Shown here piece by piece: positions 49,895 through 58,247 of a stretch of DNA of 64,000 bases (the first letter of the stretch is position 1; each line of letters starts with the position of its first letter). The translations under genes were made by a program, and so were the position numbers. This stretch comes from Flectonema sp. DT1601 (Eukaryota). The notes under the pieces are model-generated. The model was not told the origin of the DNA. It made no database searches and worked only from the letters and a program-made list of their open reading frames with translations. The stretch covers positions 1,178,001-1,242,000 of the forward strand of contig OZ025785.1 of NCBI GenBank assembly GCA_964019425.1, in the 5' to 3' direction.

Positions 49895-51844
49895 ATGCCT
49901 TACTCGGTATCCCCAACGTACATTAAAGTTGATTTTAACAGCACAGAACCTACAGTATTTGATGTGGTGGTCAGAAACACTGGAAATGACTGGGGCATGT
50001 ACAAAATAAAAACAAACGGAAAGCGGGAATATTCAGCAAGACCAAGGGCTGGTTTTATTGCAGGTGGTGAGACGATAACGATATGTCTGAAGTATAAAAA
50101 ACAAAAATCATTCGACGAACACCAATCGAAGAACCCTTCTAACGAAAAAGATGTCCTGGCTATACTTGCACGTGATCTGATTGCGGAGGAAAATAGCATG
50201 GTATTGCATGCAGATGGTAATGTCAATTCAAAAAATATTTCTTCATTTGTTTCATCTGCGTGGGATAGGCATGCTGGACACGACTCTGCCACCATAATGA
50301 AAATTCGTATTCAGTCTGACATAGGATCTTCTCCACGAAAGTCATTTGATAAGATTTCTGCCTCAAATTCTAACGTCCTTCAAAGTCAACCTGTTGAATG
50401 CGTGTCTTGGTCAGAAAGAACTATTTCTTTACATAATCTGTCACATGCTCTTCTTAGTCCTTCTATTGATGAAGTGCACAAATTTGAATCAAGTTCGAGT
50501 AGAGTCTTAGTAACATACAAAGACCGACAGTCAACTATCGATGCTTTAAAAAGTATTAAAAGAAGTGCTTTGTTCAATCCGATAAACGACTTGCTGATAA
50601 CTATTCCAAATCTATCGACATTGCAACGTCACTTAAAGTGTGCTTACATCTGTGGTTATGTAAACACTGGTCAGAAGATGGGTTTGTCGAGTAATTGTGA
50701 GATTTCGTATTCTTCATCATCAGATGGAAGTTCAGAATTGGCTTGGAAAATAATGCTAGAACCGTTATCATGTTGCGTTGCTATTTCTTCAAACCCAGCC
50801 TGTAGTAATATATCAGACTTGTGTTCTGTAGTTCCTGCTACTGTACTTAGGTATAAACGATGTTGCCTCACAGTTCATGGGGGTCTTTGGAATTCTGCTT
50901 TGCAAATGTATCCAGCAATTAAACACTCGCTGTTACAGTTGTTACCAAAATTACGAAACACAGTAACTGTGACTGGCCATGGTAAGTCTGGAGCATATGC
51001 TCAAGCGATCACAATGTTGATCGCTTCTGATAAAGTTTTTAGTAGTGTTAAAAATATTAGTACTGTTACTTTTGGTTCTCCGAAGTTCATATTATCAGTT
51101 GGGGAAAGCGATGACATCGGACAAACCATGACTGGGCTTGACAGAATACGGCAATACAACTACATTCACATTGACGATCCTGTTGCTGCATTATTCACTA
51201 TCAGACACGATGATGTAGTAAAACACCCCACTGTTATACAACTACTAACTGCTTGCATGCAACATAGTAATGTAGACATTGGTACGTATGCTGCTGTTGG
51301 AGCATCAGTTTATGCTATTCCAAACTGGATGCGGATTAAGTTAAAACTTGATTGTGAGCCGAATGACTTTGTTATTGATATTAAAAAACCTTATTTGTCG
51401 AGATCTGGTTTTTCAGTTGCCGCGCACGACATTAATTCATATGTTTGTTTCTTGAATGATCTAATCCGTTCTAGAAACTCACCCAAAACGTTTCCTCTTA
51501 TAATGAGTAACATTACTAAACGAATTCTACCTATTAAAAAACGATTCTTATTTGGGATGTTATGCGCAGTCATGTTGTTAGGCATGTGGTATTATCCAGT
51601 ATTTTATCGTTCAGTTGTTGTGCCTTATTTGTTTGACAGTTTCTCATTTTTTTATTCGTTATTACCGGATGGTTTTACGATCCCAACAATCAACGAGATC
51701 GATGATTATTTTATTATTTTTGACGAGTGGTTACAAGAAACCATAACCTGGACATCTCTCGTATCAGTTGTTATGTCTATAGCGCAATGGCTGATAGAAG
51801 CCGCAGTTTTATTGACTAGAATTATACTAGGACTGATATTCTGA
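49895..51844 (+). CDS. 649-aa protein: N-terminal MSP (VAP-like) domain, class-3 lipase-like domain lacking the canonical nucleophile Ser, C-terminal TM segments
   Basis: MSP: VRNTGNDWGMYKIKTNGKREYSARPRAGFI. Lipase_3 landmarks: VHGGLW, VTVTGHGKSGAYA, TVTFGSPK, HIDDPV, HDINSY. Hydrophobic FLFGMLCAVMLLGMWYYPV and C-terminal stretch. Confidence 0.8.
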   Translation: MPYSVSPTYIKVDFNSTEPTVFDVVVRNTGNDWGMYKIKTNGKREYSARPRAGFIAGGETITICLKYKKQKSFDEHQSKNPSNEKDVLAILARDLIAEENSMVLHADGNVNSKNISSFVSSAWDRHAGHDSATIMKIRIQSDIGSSPRKSFDKISASNSNVLQSQPVECVSWSERTISLHNLSHALLSPSIDEVHKFESSSSRVLVTYKDRQSTIDALKSIKRSALFNPINDLLITIPNLSTLQRHLKCAYICGYVNTGQKMGLSSNCEISYSSSSDGSSELAWKIMLEPLSCCVAISSNPACSNISDLCSVVPATVLRYKRCCLTVHGGLWNSALQMYPAIKHSLLQLLPKLRNTVTVTGHGKSGAYAQAITMLIASDKVFSSVKNISTVTFGSPKFILSVGESDDIGQTMTGLDRIRQYNYIHIDDPVAALFTIRHDDVVKHPTVIQLLTACMQHSNVDIGTYAAVGASVYAIPNWMRIKLKLDCEPNDFVIDIKKPYLSRSGFSVAAHDINSYVCFLNDLIRSRNSPKTFPLIMSNITKRILPIKKRFLFGMLCAVMLLGMWYYPVFYRSVVVPYLFDSFSFFYSLLPDGFTIPTINEIDDYFIIFDEWLQETITWTSLVSVVMSIAQWLIEAAVLLTRIILGLIF

Positions 51845-52004
51845 GGGATTTTCTTTGTTTTCTATTTTCTTATCTGTTCGAAACATCTCTTTAAACCTTT
51901 TTTTGTCTTGTTAAGTTGCTACTTATGCTGCTTATAATTGTGTTGTAAAGCTTAGGGGGGGGGAATTTTTTTTTTAATTTTTTTATAAAAAAAAAATCAA
52001 CTGA

Positions 52005-52022
52005 TTTATTTTTTTATTACAG
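52005..52022 (+). promoter_or_regulatory. Putative trans-splice acceptor of macrodomain gene
   Basis: TTTATTTTTTTATTACAG ends 26 nt before ATG 52049. Confidence 0.5.
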
Positions 52023-52048
52023 AAAAGAGAACAGCATTCGCAAACAGC

Positions 52049-52798
52049 ATGTCGACGTACAGCATACCCAAGAAATATGTTCCTGGAAAGGGACCAAGAC
52101 CAACACGACCTGATGCTGATTTGACGAAGGACGCAATTGAAAAGGAAAGGGGTACTGTGAATGAAGTATCACTGGTGGTAGTATTGGGTGACTTAACCAA
52201 CGAGAAGTGTGGCTGTTTGGTGAACGCTGCTAACAGTAAATTGACACACGGAGCTGGGCTTGCAAAGGCAATATTAAAAAAGGGTGGAAAGGTGATCCGA
52301 CAACAGTCTGACAACTACCTACAAAAACACGGGCTCATAAAAACTGGTGAGCTTGCTGTAACAGACGGTGGTAACCTCCCTTGCAATAACGTTCTTCACG
52401 TTGTCGGTCCTATATATGAGGATGGTACTAAAAACGAAGACCAACTACTTGCACTGTGCATGAAAAATATTATCAAGACGTGTAATGAGCTCAAACTTAG
52501 TTCCGTTGCTCTCCCTGCTATTAGCAGCGGGCTGTTCAAGTTCCCAAAGGACAAAGTCGCTAAAATACTGTACACAGAATCCATAACTTATGCATTAAAG
52601 AAATCTGAAACAGGTATGAATTTTTTTAATATGTTTTTTTTTTAACTGCTGTAATAAAACACAAAAATAACGACAGATACCCTCACTGAGATTCGCTTCA
52701 CTAACTTTGACTCAGACACCGTATCGTACTTTGAAAGGTTCCATCAGCAGGTTTTCAACGGAGACATCGATCCAAAGTCACTAGTTGAAGACAGCTAG
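52049..52798 (+). CDS. Macrodomain (MacroD-like ADP-ribose binding/hydrolase) protein, join(52049..52613,52677..52798), 228 aa
   Basis: GDLT, LVNAANSKLTHGAGLAKAI, HVVGP, ALPAISSGLFKFP. Splicing supplies the missing last strand and helix (DTLTEIRFTNFDSDTVSYF); stop TAG at 52796-52798. Confidence 0.9.
52614..52676 (+). other. Spliceosomal intron of macrodomain gene (63 nt, phase 1)
   Basis: ACAG|GTATGAATTTTTTT...AAAATAACGACAG|ATACC. It removes the implausible tail MNFFNMFFF*. Confidence 0.9.
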
Positions 52799-52985
52799 TG
52801 GATATCTAACCAAACATGAATGTTATTAAGCAGCCATTGATTTTTTTGTCTGCGCTGTTTGGGGGGAAAAAAAAAAGGGAAAAAGAAAAAAAAACAAGAA
52901 TAGTTCGCGCGTTCGATGTATACGCTGCGAAGTTTTTTTTTTTTTTTTTGATTTTGTTTGCGAAATAAGTACGATGGACTTTTTT

Positions 52986-53021
<36 letters not shown>

Positions 53022-53281
53022 ACCAACAAGATTGATACACTTCCCCACTAGCCTTCTTCTAAGTCCACGATGATTTTACGTACAAACAAAAAAAAAAAAA
53101 AAAAAAAAAAAATGTTAAAGAAAATATTTCAGTTTTGTCTTTACGTTGTTGAGCTATCGTCCAATTAAATCTTCTGATCTTCTCTTAATATTTCTTGAAA
53201 ATGAAACAATAATAAATGTGACTATTAGATGGCCTCACTTAAAGTCAGGGTTTTTAATTCTTCCCTGTCATCGTCTACAAC

Positions 53282-53309
53282 AATATTCTTATATCTTTTG
53301 ATTTAACAG
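53282..53309 (+). promoter_or_regulatory. Putative spliced-leader trans-splice acceptor (repeated before each cyclase copy)
   Basis: TATTCTTATATCTTTTGATTTAACAG ends 24 nt before the ATG in all five copies; no upstream coding exon is needed. Confidence 0.55.
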
Positions 53310-53333
53310 TGAAGTGATTTACTGAAGGTCAAC

Positions 53334-55571
53334 ATGACGACAGTAAACAATCAATCAACTCGTATTGCTGACGCGTATTCTCCGTTTCGAATCTTTTACT
53401 CGGAAGATGACACGGAAGAAGATCGTCGCAAGAAAAGGATTTCTATATCTTGTATGATGTTCGGCTATGTGGGTATGGGCACGGCTGTGTCGTACCCAAC
53501 ACCAATGTCAGTAACACTGTTTTCTTACGGAGTAGTAAGTAGTCTCCCATTTATGTTGAAATGGGGAATCACAAAGAAACAAACAGACAATGAAATATCT
53601 ATATTTCTACTACTCTGGATACCAATGATATTACTGTTCGACTTGGCAAATGCGAGTGAAATGATAGATCCCGTTTGGCCGACTGTAGTGTTGATGGTTG
53701 ATGTTGCGTTGCTTTGTAGATTACCTACAAGAGTTACTTCAACAATCATAGTATTAGTAACTTTATATATGATCTTGCTGTGTTCAGAAAGAATCCTGAG
53801 ATTCGGTCTTTTAGAAATTTTGCCAGTCGAAAAGATGAGATTATTAGACACATGTTTCAACATAACACAAGAGGAAATAGATGCCACCCCGTGTAAAATA
53901 GAACCTGCTGGTGCGATCTCATTTTGTGTTGTATATTTGGGTGTCTTTATCCTTGACTATTACTGTACGAGGGGATTCGCTGTGGGTATGCGAAATGAAC
54001 AGGCTAAACTAAAAGCCAGTGTGTCCCTTGCTGAGAATGTTGTCACTTCTCTTGTTGGATTTGATTTGGAAGAAGCGAAAAGTCAACTCTCCAGTGAAGA
54101 CACTCCGCTAACAGCAACTCTATCAACTCTGATAGAAAACTTACGACTATATCGTCCATACTTACCAGATGCTTTATTTGAGCTATCTGAGCAGGTGAGA
54201 TCCCGTGACACGGTGAAACCTCCTGAAGGACATGCTGCCATAGTCTTCACTGACTTGAAATCATCAACAGCTATTTGGGAAGCCTCACCTGATGCTATGA
54301 AGCGCGCGTTGAAAACCCACAACAAGATAATTCGCAATGGGATATCTGAATTTGAAGGTTACGAAGTGAAAACGATTGGAGATTCGTTTATGGTGGCGTT
54401 TGCCGAATTCGAATCCGCCTGCAAATTCGCGATGTTGATCCAAGAGAAGTTCAGCTATGCTTCATGGCCTAATGATTTGGTGCTTCCGGCAGAATTTCAG
54501 AGGCATGCATGGACAGGTCTTATGATGCGAATTGGTGTTCACTTCGGAGAAGTTGAAAGCGACCTCGACACTCACAATGGTCGAACTGATTATGTTGGGA
54601 GAAGTGTTAATAAAGCTGCTCGTCTTGAAGGTGTTTGTGCACCTGGTGCTGTTGCTATTGACAGTTCTTTACTACACTTTTTAAGCATTCGTGAGGGATG
54701 GTCTACTCGACAGATCTCTGAAAAGTTGAAAGGAATTGCAGAGGAACAAACGGACATAACCCTTCTCTTCCCTAATACTCTAGAACATGAAAGTTCAACC
54801 TCCTCAGTGTGTTGTAGTTGGAGGAGTATGAGTAGTGCTGTAAGTGAAACACTTGTTGATAAGTTGACTTTAAAGAGATCCGCCACCACAAGTATTTTCA
54901 ACCTTGAAATGAGCAGCGAGGGTATTCACGTTCAAAATCACATAAACACATCGCTAGCGAAATCCATTGGCTGTTTGGAACGTACGGATGGGTCGATCGT
55001 ATCGGTTCTTGCTTCTTTCATAACTGTTGGTTGGAATACTAGCCGCCAATCATCTTCACATCTGCAAAGTGGAATCAGATTTGTTTCACTTCTATTTGGT
55101 TTGTTTTCTGAGGGGGACGTCTTTGTTGGAATCTCTTCGAGTCCCGTTCACTGTGGGTGGATTGGAACAAAAGAACAACGATTTATTACCGTCTTTGGTG
55201 ACTGTGTTCAGAATTGCATGCACCTCTGCCAATCATGTGCTGATATTTCTGCCTTTGCCCTCTGCTCTGACTTTCCCACTGATGTCAGTGTGTTGCGTCC
55301 TATCGATCGCTGGAGAGGAAGTAATAGTGTCAAAACAGTTTACCAGATAAATGCTTCAAAATTAAAGCAGATAATTGCAACTAAAACACCTGAAGAAGTA
55401 GTGGACAACGAAGATCAGAGCAGTGAATGGGGTTGGAGTTCAGAATATACGGACGCTTTTACAACGGGAGACTGGGAGACAATTGAAGAACAGCGAAACC
55501 CTTCCGACGATGTCTTGAAGAAAGTTGCTGAACTTGCTCGGACTGGAAAGAGTCTGCGAATGATATTTTAG
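53334..55571 (+). CDS. Six-TM class III adenylyl cyclase, copy 1 (745 aa)
   Basis: AIVFTDLKSST, GYEVKTIGDSFM, MRIGVHFG, TDYVGRSVNKAARLE: both metal-binding Asp, ATP-specifying Lys/Asp and transition-state Asn/Arg are present. About six hydrophobic N-terminal segments. Confidence 0.93.
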   Translation: MTTVNNQSTRIADAYSPFRIFYSEDDTEEDRRKKRISISCMMFGYVGMGTAVSYPTPMSVTLFSYGVVSSLPFMLKWGITKKQTDNEISIFLLLWIPMILLFDLANASEMIDPVWPTVVLMVDVALLCRLPTRVTSTIIVLVTLYMILLCSERILRFGLLEILPVEKMRLLDTCFNITQEEIDATPCKIEPAGAISFCVVYLGVFILDYYCTRGFAVGMRNEQAKLKASVSLAENVVTSLVGFDLEEAKSQLSSEDTPLTATLSTLIENLRLYRPYLPDALFELSEQVRSRDTVKPPEGHAAIVFTDLKSSTAIWEASPDAMKRALKTHNKIIRNGISEFEGYEVKTIGDSFMVAFAEFESACKFAMLIQEKFSYASWPNDLVLPAEFQRHAWTGLMMRIGVHFGEVESDLDTHNGRTDYVGRSVNKAARLEGVCAPGAVAIDSSLLHFLSIREGWSTRQISEKLKGIAEEQTDITLLFPNTLEHESSTSSVCCSWRSMSSAVSETLVDKLTLKRSATTSIFNLEMSSEGIHVQNHINTSLAKSIGCLERTDGSIVSVLASFITVGWNTSRQSSSHLQSGIRFVSLLFGLFSEGDVFVGISSSPVHCGWIGTKEQRFITVFGDCVQNCMHLCQSCADISAFALCSDFPTDVSVLRPIDRWRGSNSVKTVYQINASKLKQIIATKTPEEVVDNEDQSSEWGWSSEYTDAFTTGDWETIEEQRNPSDDVLKKVAELARTGKSLRMIF

Positions 55572-55806
55572 TCAGCACTCGCAATACGGTGAAATCGGGA
55601 CAGATGTATCCTTGGAGAGTTCATTCATAATTATTTTGTGTCATTTCTATGCCACAGCATTGCCCTTTTTTATTTACACCGACAAGGTTCGGAGAAGAAA
55701 CTATTCAGATTAAGAGCCGTTATTTATTATTGTTGTCTGTGGTCAACTGTTTAGAGTATTCTTATATCTTTTGATTTAACAGTGAAGTGATTTACTGAAG
55801 GTCAAC

Positions 55807-58035
55807 ATGGACAATCAATCAACTCGTATTGCTGACTGGTTTTCTCCGTTTCGCATCTTTTACTCGGATGATGACACGGAAGAAGATCGTCGCAAGAAAA
55901 GAATCTCAACAGCCGCTATTATGTTCGGCTACTTGGGTATGGGCTCGGGTATGACGTTTCCGTCAACAACGACCGTATCGCTGTGTTCTTACGGAGTAGT
56001 AAGTAGTCTCCCATTTATGTTGAAATGGGGAATCACAAAGAAACAAAGAGACAATGAGATAGCTGCGGTTCTGCTACTCTGGGTACCGCTAATATTACTA
56101 TTAGACTTGGCAAATACGAGTGAAATGATGGATCCCATTTGGCCGACTGTAGTGTTGATGGTTGATATTGCTTTGCTTTGTAAACTACCCAGAATCGTTA
56201 CTTCAACTCTCGTATTAGCAGTAACTTTATATATGATCTTGGTGTGTGCAGAAAGAGTCCTGAGATTCGGTCTTTTTGAATTAATTTCAACTCAAAAGAT
56301 GCGCGGATTAGACAAGTGTTTCAACATAACACAAGAGGAAATAGATGCCACCCCGTGTAAAATAGATCCCACTAATGCGGTATCGTTTTATGTGGTGTAT
56401 TTGGGTGTCTTTATCCTTGACTATTACTGTACGAGGGGATTCGCTGTGGGTATGCAAAATGAACAGGCTAAACTAAAAGCCAGTGTGTCCCTTGCTGAGA
56501 ATGTTGTCACTTCTCTTGTTGGATTTGATTTGGAAGAAGCGAAAAGTCAACTCTCCAGTGAAGACACTCCGCTAACAGCAACTCTATCAACTCTGATAGA
56601 AAACTTACGACTATATCGTCCATACTTACCAGATGCTTTATTTGAGCTATCTGAGCAGGTAGGATCCCGTGACACGGTGAAACCTCCTGAAGGACATGCT
56701 GCCATCGTCTTCACTGACTTGAAATCTTCAACAGCTATTTGGGAAGCCTCACCCGATGCTATGAAGCGCGCGTTGAAAACCCACAACAAGATAATTCGCA
56801 ATGGGATATCTGAATTTGAAGGTTACGAAGTGAAAACGATTGGAGATTCGTTTATGGTGGCGTTTGCCGAATTCGAATCCGCCTGCAAATTCGCGATGTC
56901 GATCCAAGAAAAGTTCAGCTATGCTTCATGGCCTAATGATTTGGTGCTTCCGGCAGAATTTCAGAGGCATGCATGGACAGGTCTTATGATGCGAATTGGT
57001 GTTCACTTCGGAGAAGTTGCAAGCGACGTCAGTGCTTGCAGTGGTCGAACTGATTATGTTGGGAGAAGTGTTAACAAAGCTGCTCGTCTTGAAGGTGTTT
57101 GTGCACCTGGTGCTGTTGCTATTGACAGTTCTTTACGTCACCTTTTAAACATTCGTGAGGGATGGTCTACTCGACAGATCTCTGAAAAGTTGAAAGGAAT
57201 TGCAGAGGAACAAACAGACATAACCCTTCTCTTCCCTAATACTCTAGAACATGAAAGTTCAACCTCCTCAGTGTGTTGTAGTTGGAGGAGTATGAGTAGT
57301 GCTGTAAGTGAAACACTTGTTGATAAGTTGACCTTAAAGAGATCCGCCACCACAAGTATTTTCAACCTTGAAATGAGCAGCGAGGGTATTCACGTTCAAA
57401 ATCACATAAACACATCGCTAGCGAAATCCATTGGCTGTTTGGAACGTACGGATGGGTCGATCGTATCGGTTCTTGCTTCTTTCATAACTGTTGGTTGGAA
57501 TACCAGCCGCCAATCATCTTCACATCTGCAAAGTGGAATCAGATTTGTTTCACTTCTATTTGGTTTGTTTTCAGAGGGAGACGTCTTTGTTGGAATCTCT
57601 TCGAGTCCCGTTCACTGTGGGTGGATTGGAACAAAAGAACAACGATTTATTACCGTCTTTGGTGACTGTGTTCAGAATTGCATGCACCTCTGCCAATCAT
57701 GTGCTGATATTTCTGCCTTTGCCCTCTGCTCTGACTTTCCCACTGAAGTCAGTGTGTTGCGTCCTATCGATCGCTGGAGAGGAAGTAATGGTGTCAAAAC
57801 AGTTTACCAGATAAATGCTTCAAAATTAAAGCAGATAATTGCAACTAAAACACCTGAAGAAGTAGTGGACAACGAAGATCAGAGCAGTGAATGGGGTTGG
57901 AGTTCAGAATACACGGACGCTTTTACAAAGGGAGACTGGGAGACAATTGAAGAACAGCGAAACCCTTCCGACGATGTCTTGAAGAGAGTTGCTGAACTTG
58001 CTCGGACTGGAAAGAGTCTGCGAATGATATTTTAG
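55807..58035 (+). CDS. Six-TM class III adenylyl cyclase, copy 2 (742 aa)
   Basis: Same catalytic motifs as copy 1; N-terminus 3 aa shorter (MDNQSTRIADWF). Confidence 0.93.
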   Translation: MDNQSTRIADWFSPFRIFYSDDDTEEDRRKKRISTAAIMFGYLGMGSGMTFPSTTTVSLCSYGVVSSLPFMLKWGITKKQRDNEIAAVLLLWVPLILLLDLANTSEMMDPIWPTVVLMVDIALLCKLPRIVTSTLVLAVTLYMILVCAERVLRFGLFELISTQKMRGLDKCFNITQEEIDATPCKIDPTNAVSFYVVYLGVFILDYYCTRGFAVGMQNEQAKLKASVSLAENVVTSLVGFDLEEAKSQLSSEDTPLTATLSTLIENLRLYRPYLPDALFELSEQVGSRDTVKPPEGHAAIVFTDLKSSTAIWEASPDAMKRALKTHNKIIRNGISEFEGYEVKTIGDSFMVAFAEFESACKFAMSIQEKFSYASWPNDLVLPAEFQRHAWTGLMMRIGVHFGEVASDVSACSGRTDYVGRSVNKAARLEGVCAPGAVAIDSSLRHLLNIREGWSTRQISEKLKGIAEEQTDITLLFPNTLEHESSTSSVCCSWRSMSSAVSETLVDKLTLKRSATTSIFNLEMSSEGIHVQNHINTSLAKSIGCLERTDGSIVSVLASFITVGWNTSRQSSSHLQSGIRFVSLLFGLFSEGDVFVGISSSPVHCGWIGTKEQRFITVFGDCVQNCMHLCQSCADISAFALCSDFPTEVSVLRPIDRWRGSNGVKTVYQINASKLKQIIATKTPEEVVDNEDQSSEWGWSSEYTDAFTKGDWETIEEQRNPSDDVLKRVAELARTGKSLRMIF

Positions 58036-58247
58036 TCAGCACTCGCAATACGGTGAAATCGGGACAGATGTATCCTTGGAGAGTTCATTCATAATTATTT
58101 TGTGTCATTTCTATGCCACAGCATTGCCTTTTTTTATTTACACCGACTGATTAAGAGCCGTTATTTATTATTGTTGTTTGTGGTCAACTGTTTAGAATAT
58201 TCTTATATCTTTTGATTTAACAGTGAAATGATTTACTGAAGGTCAAC

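Noticed and set aside
50982..50987. Perfect GTAAGT donor inside the lipase GHGKSG motif (an intron might restore GHS)
   Set aside because: The unspliced frame continues directly into GAYA and TFGSPK at normal spacing, and no intron-like T-rich/A-rich segment follows.
48943..52798. NAXE and macrodomain as an NAD-repair cluster; also a window-wide 'membrane contact' theme
   Set aside because: Adjacency in a unidirectional eukaryotic gene cluster is not evidence of shared function; no synteny data.
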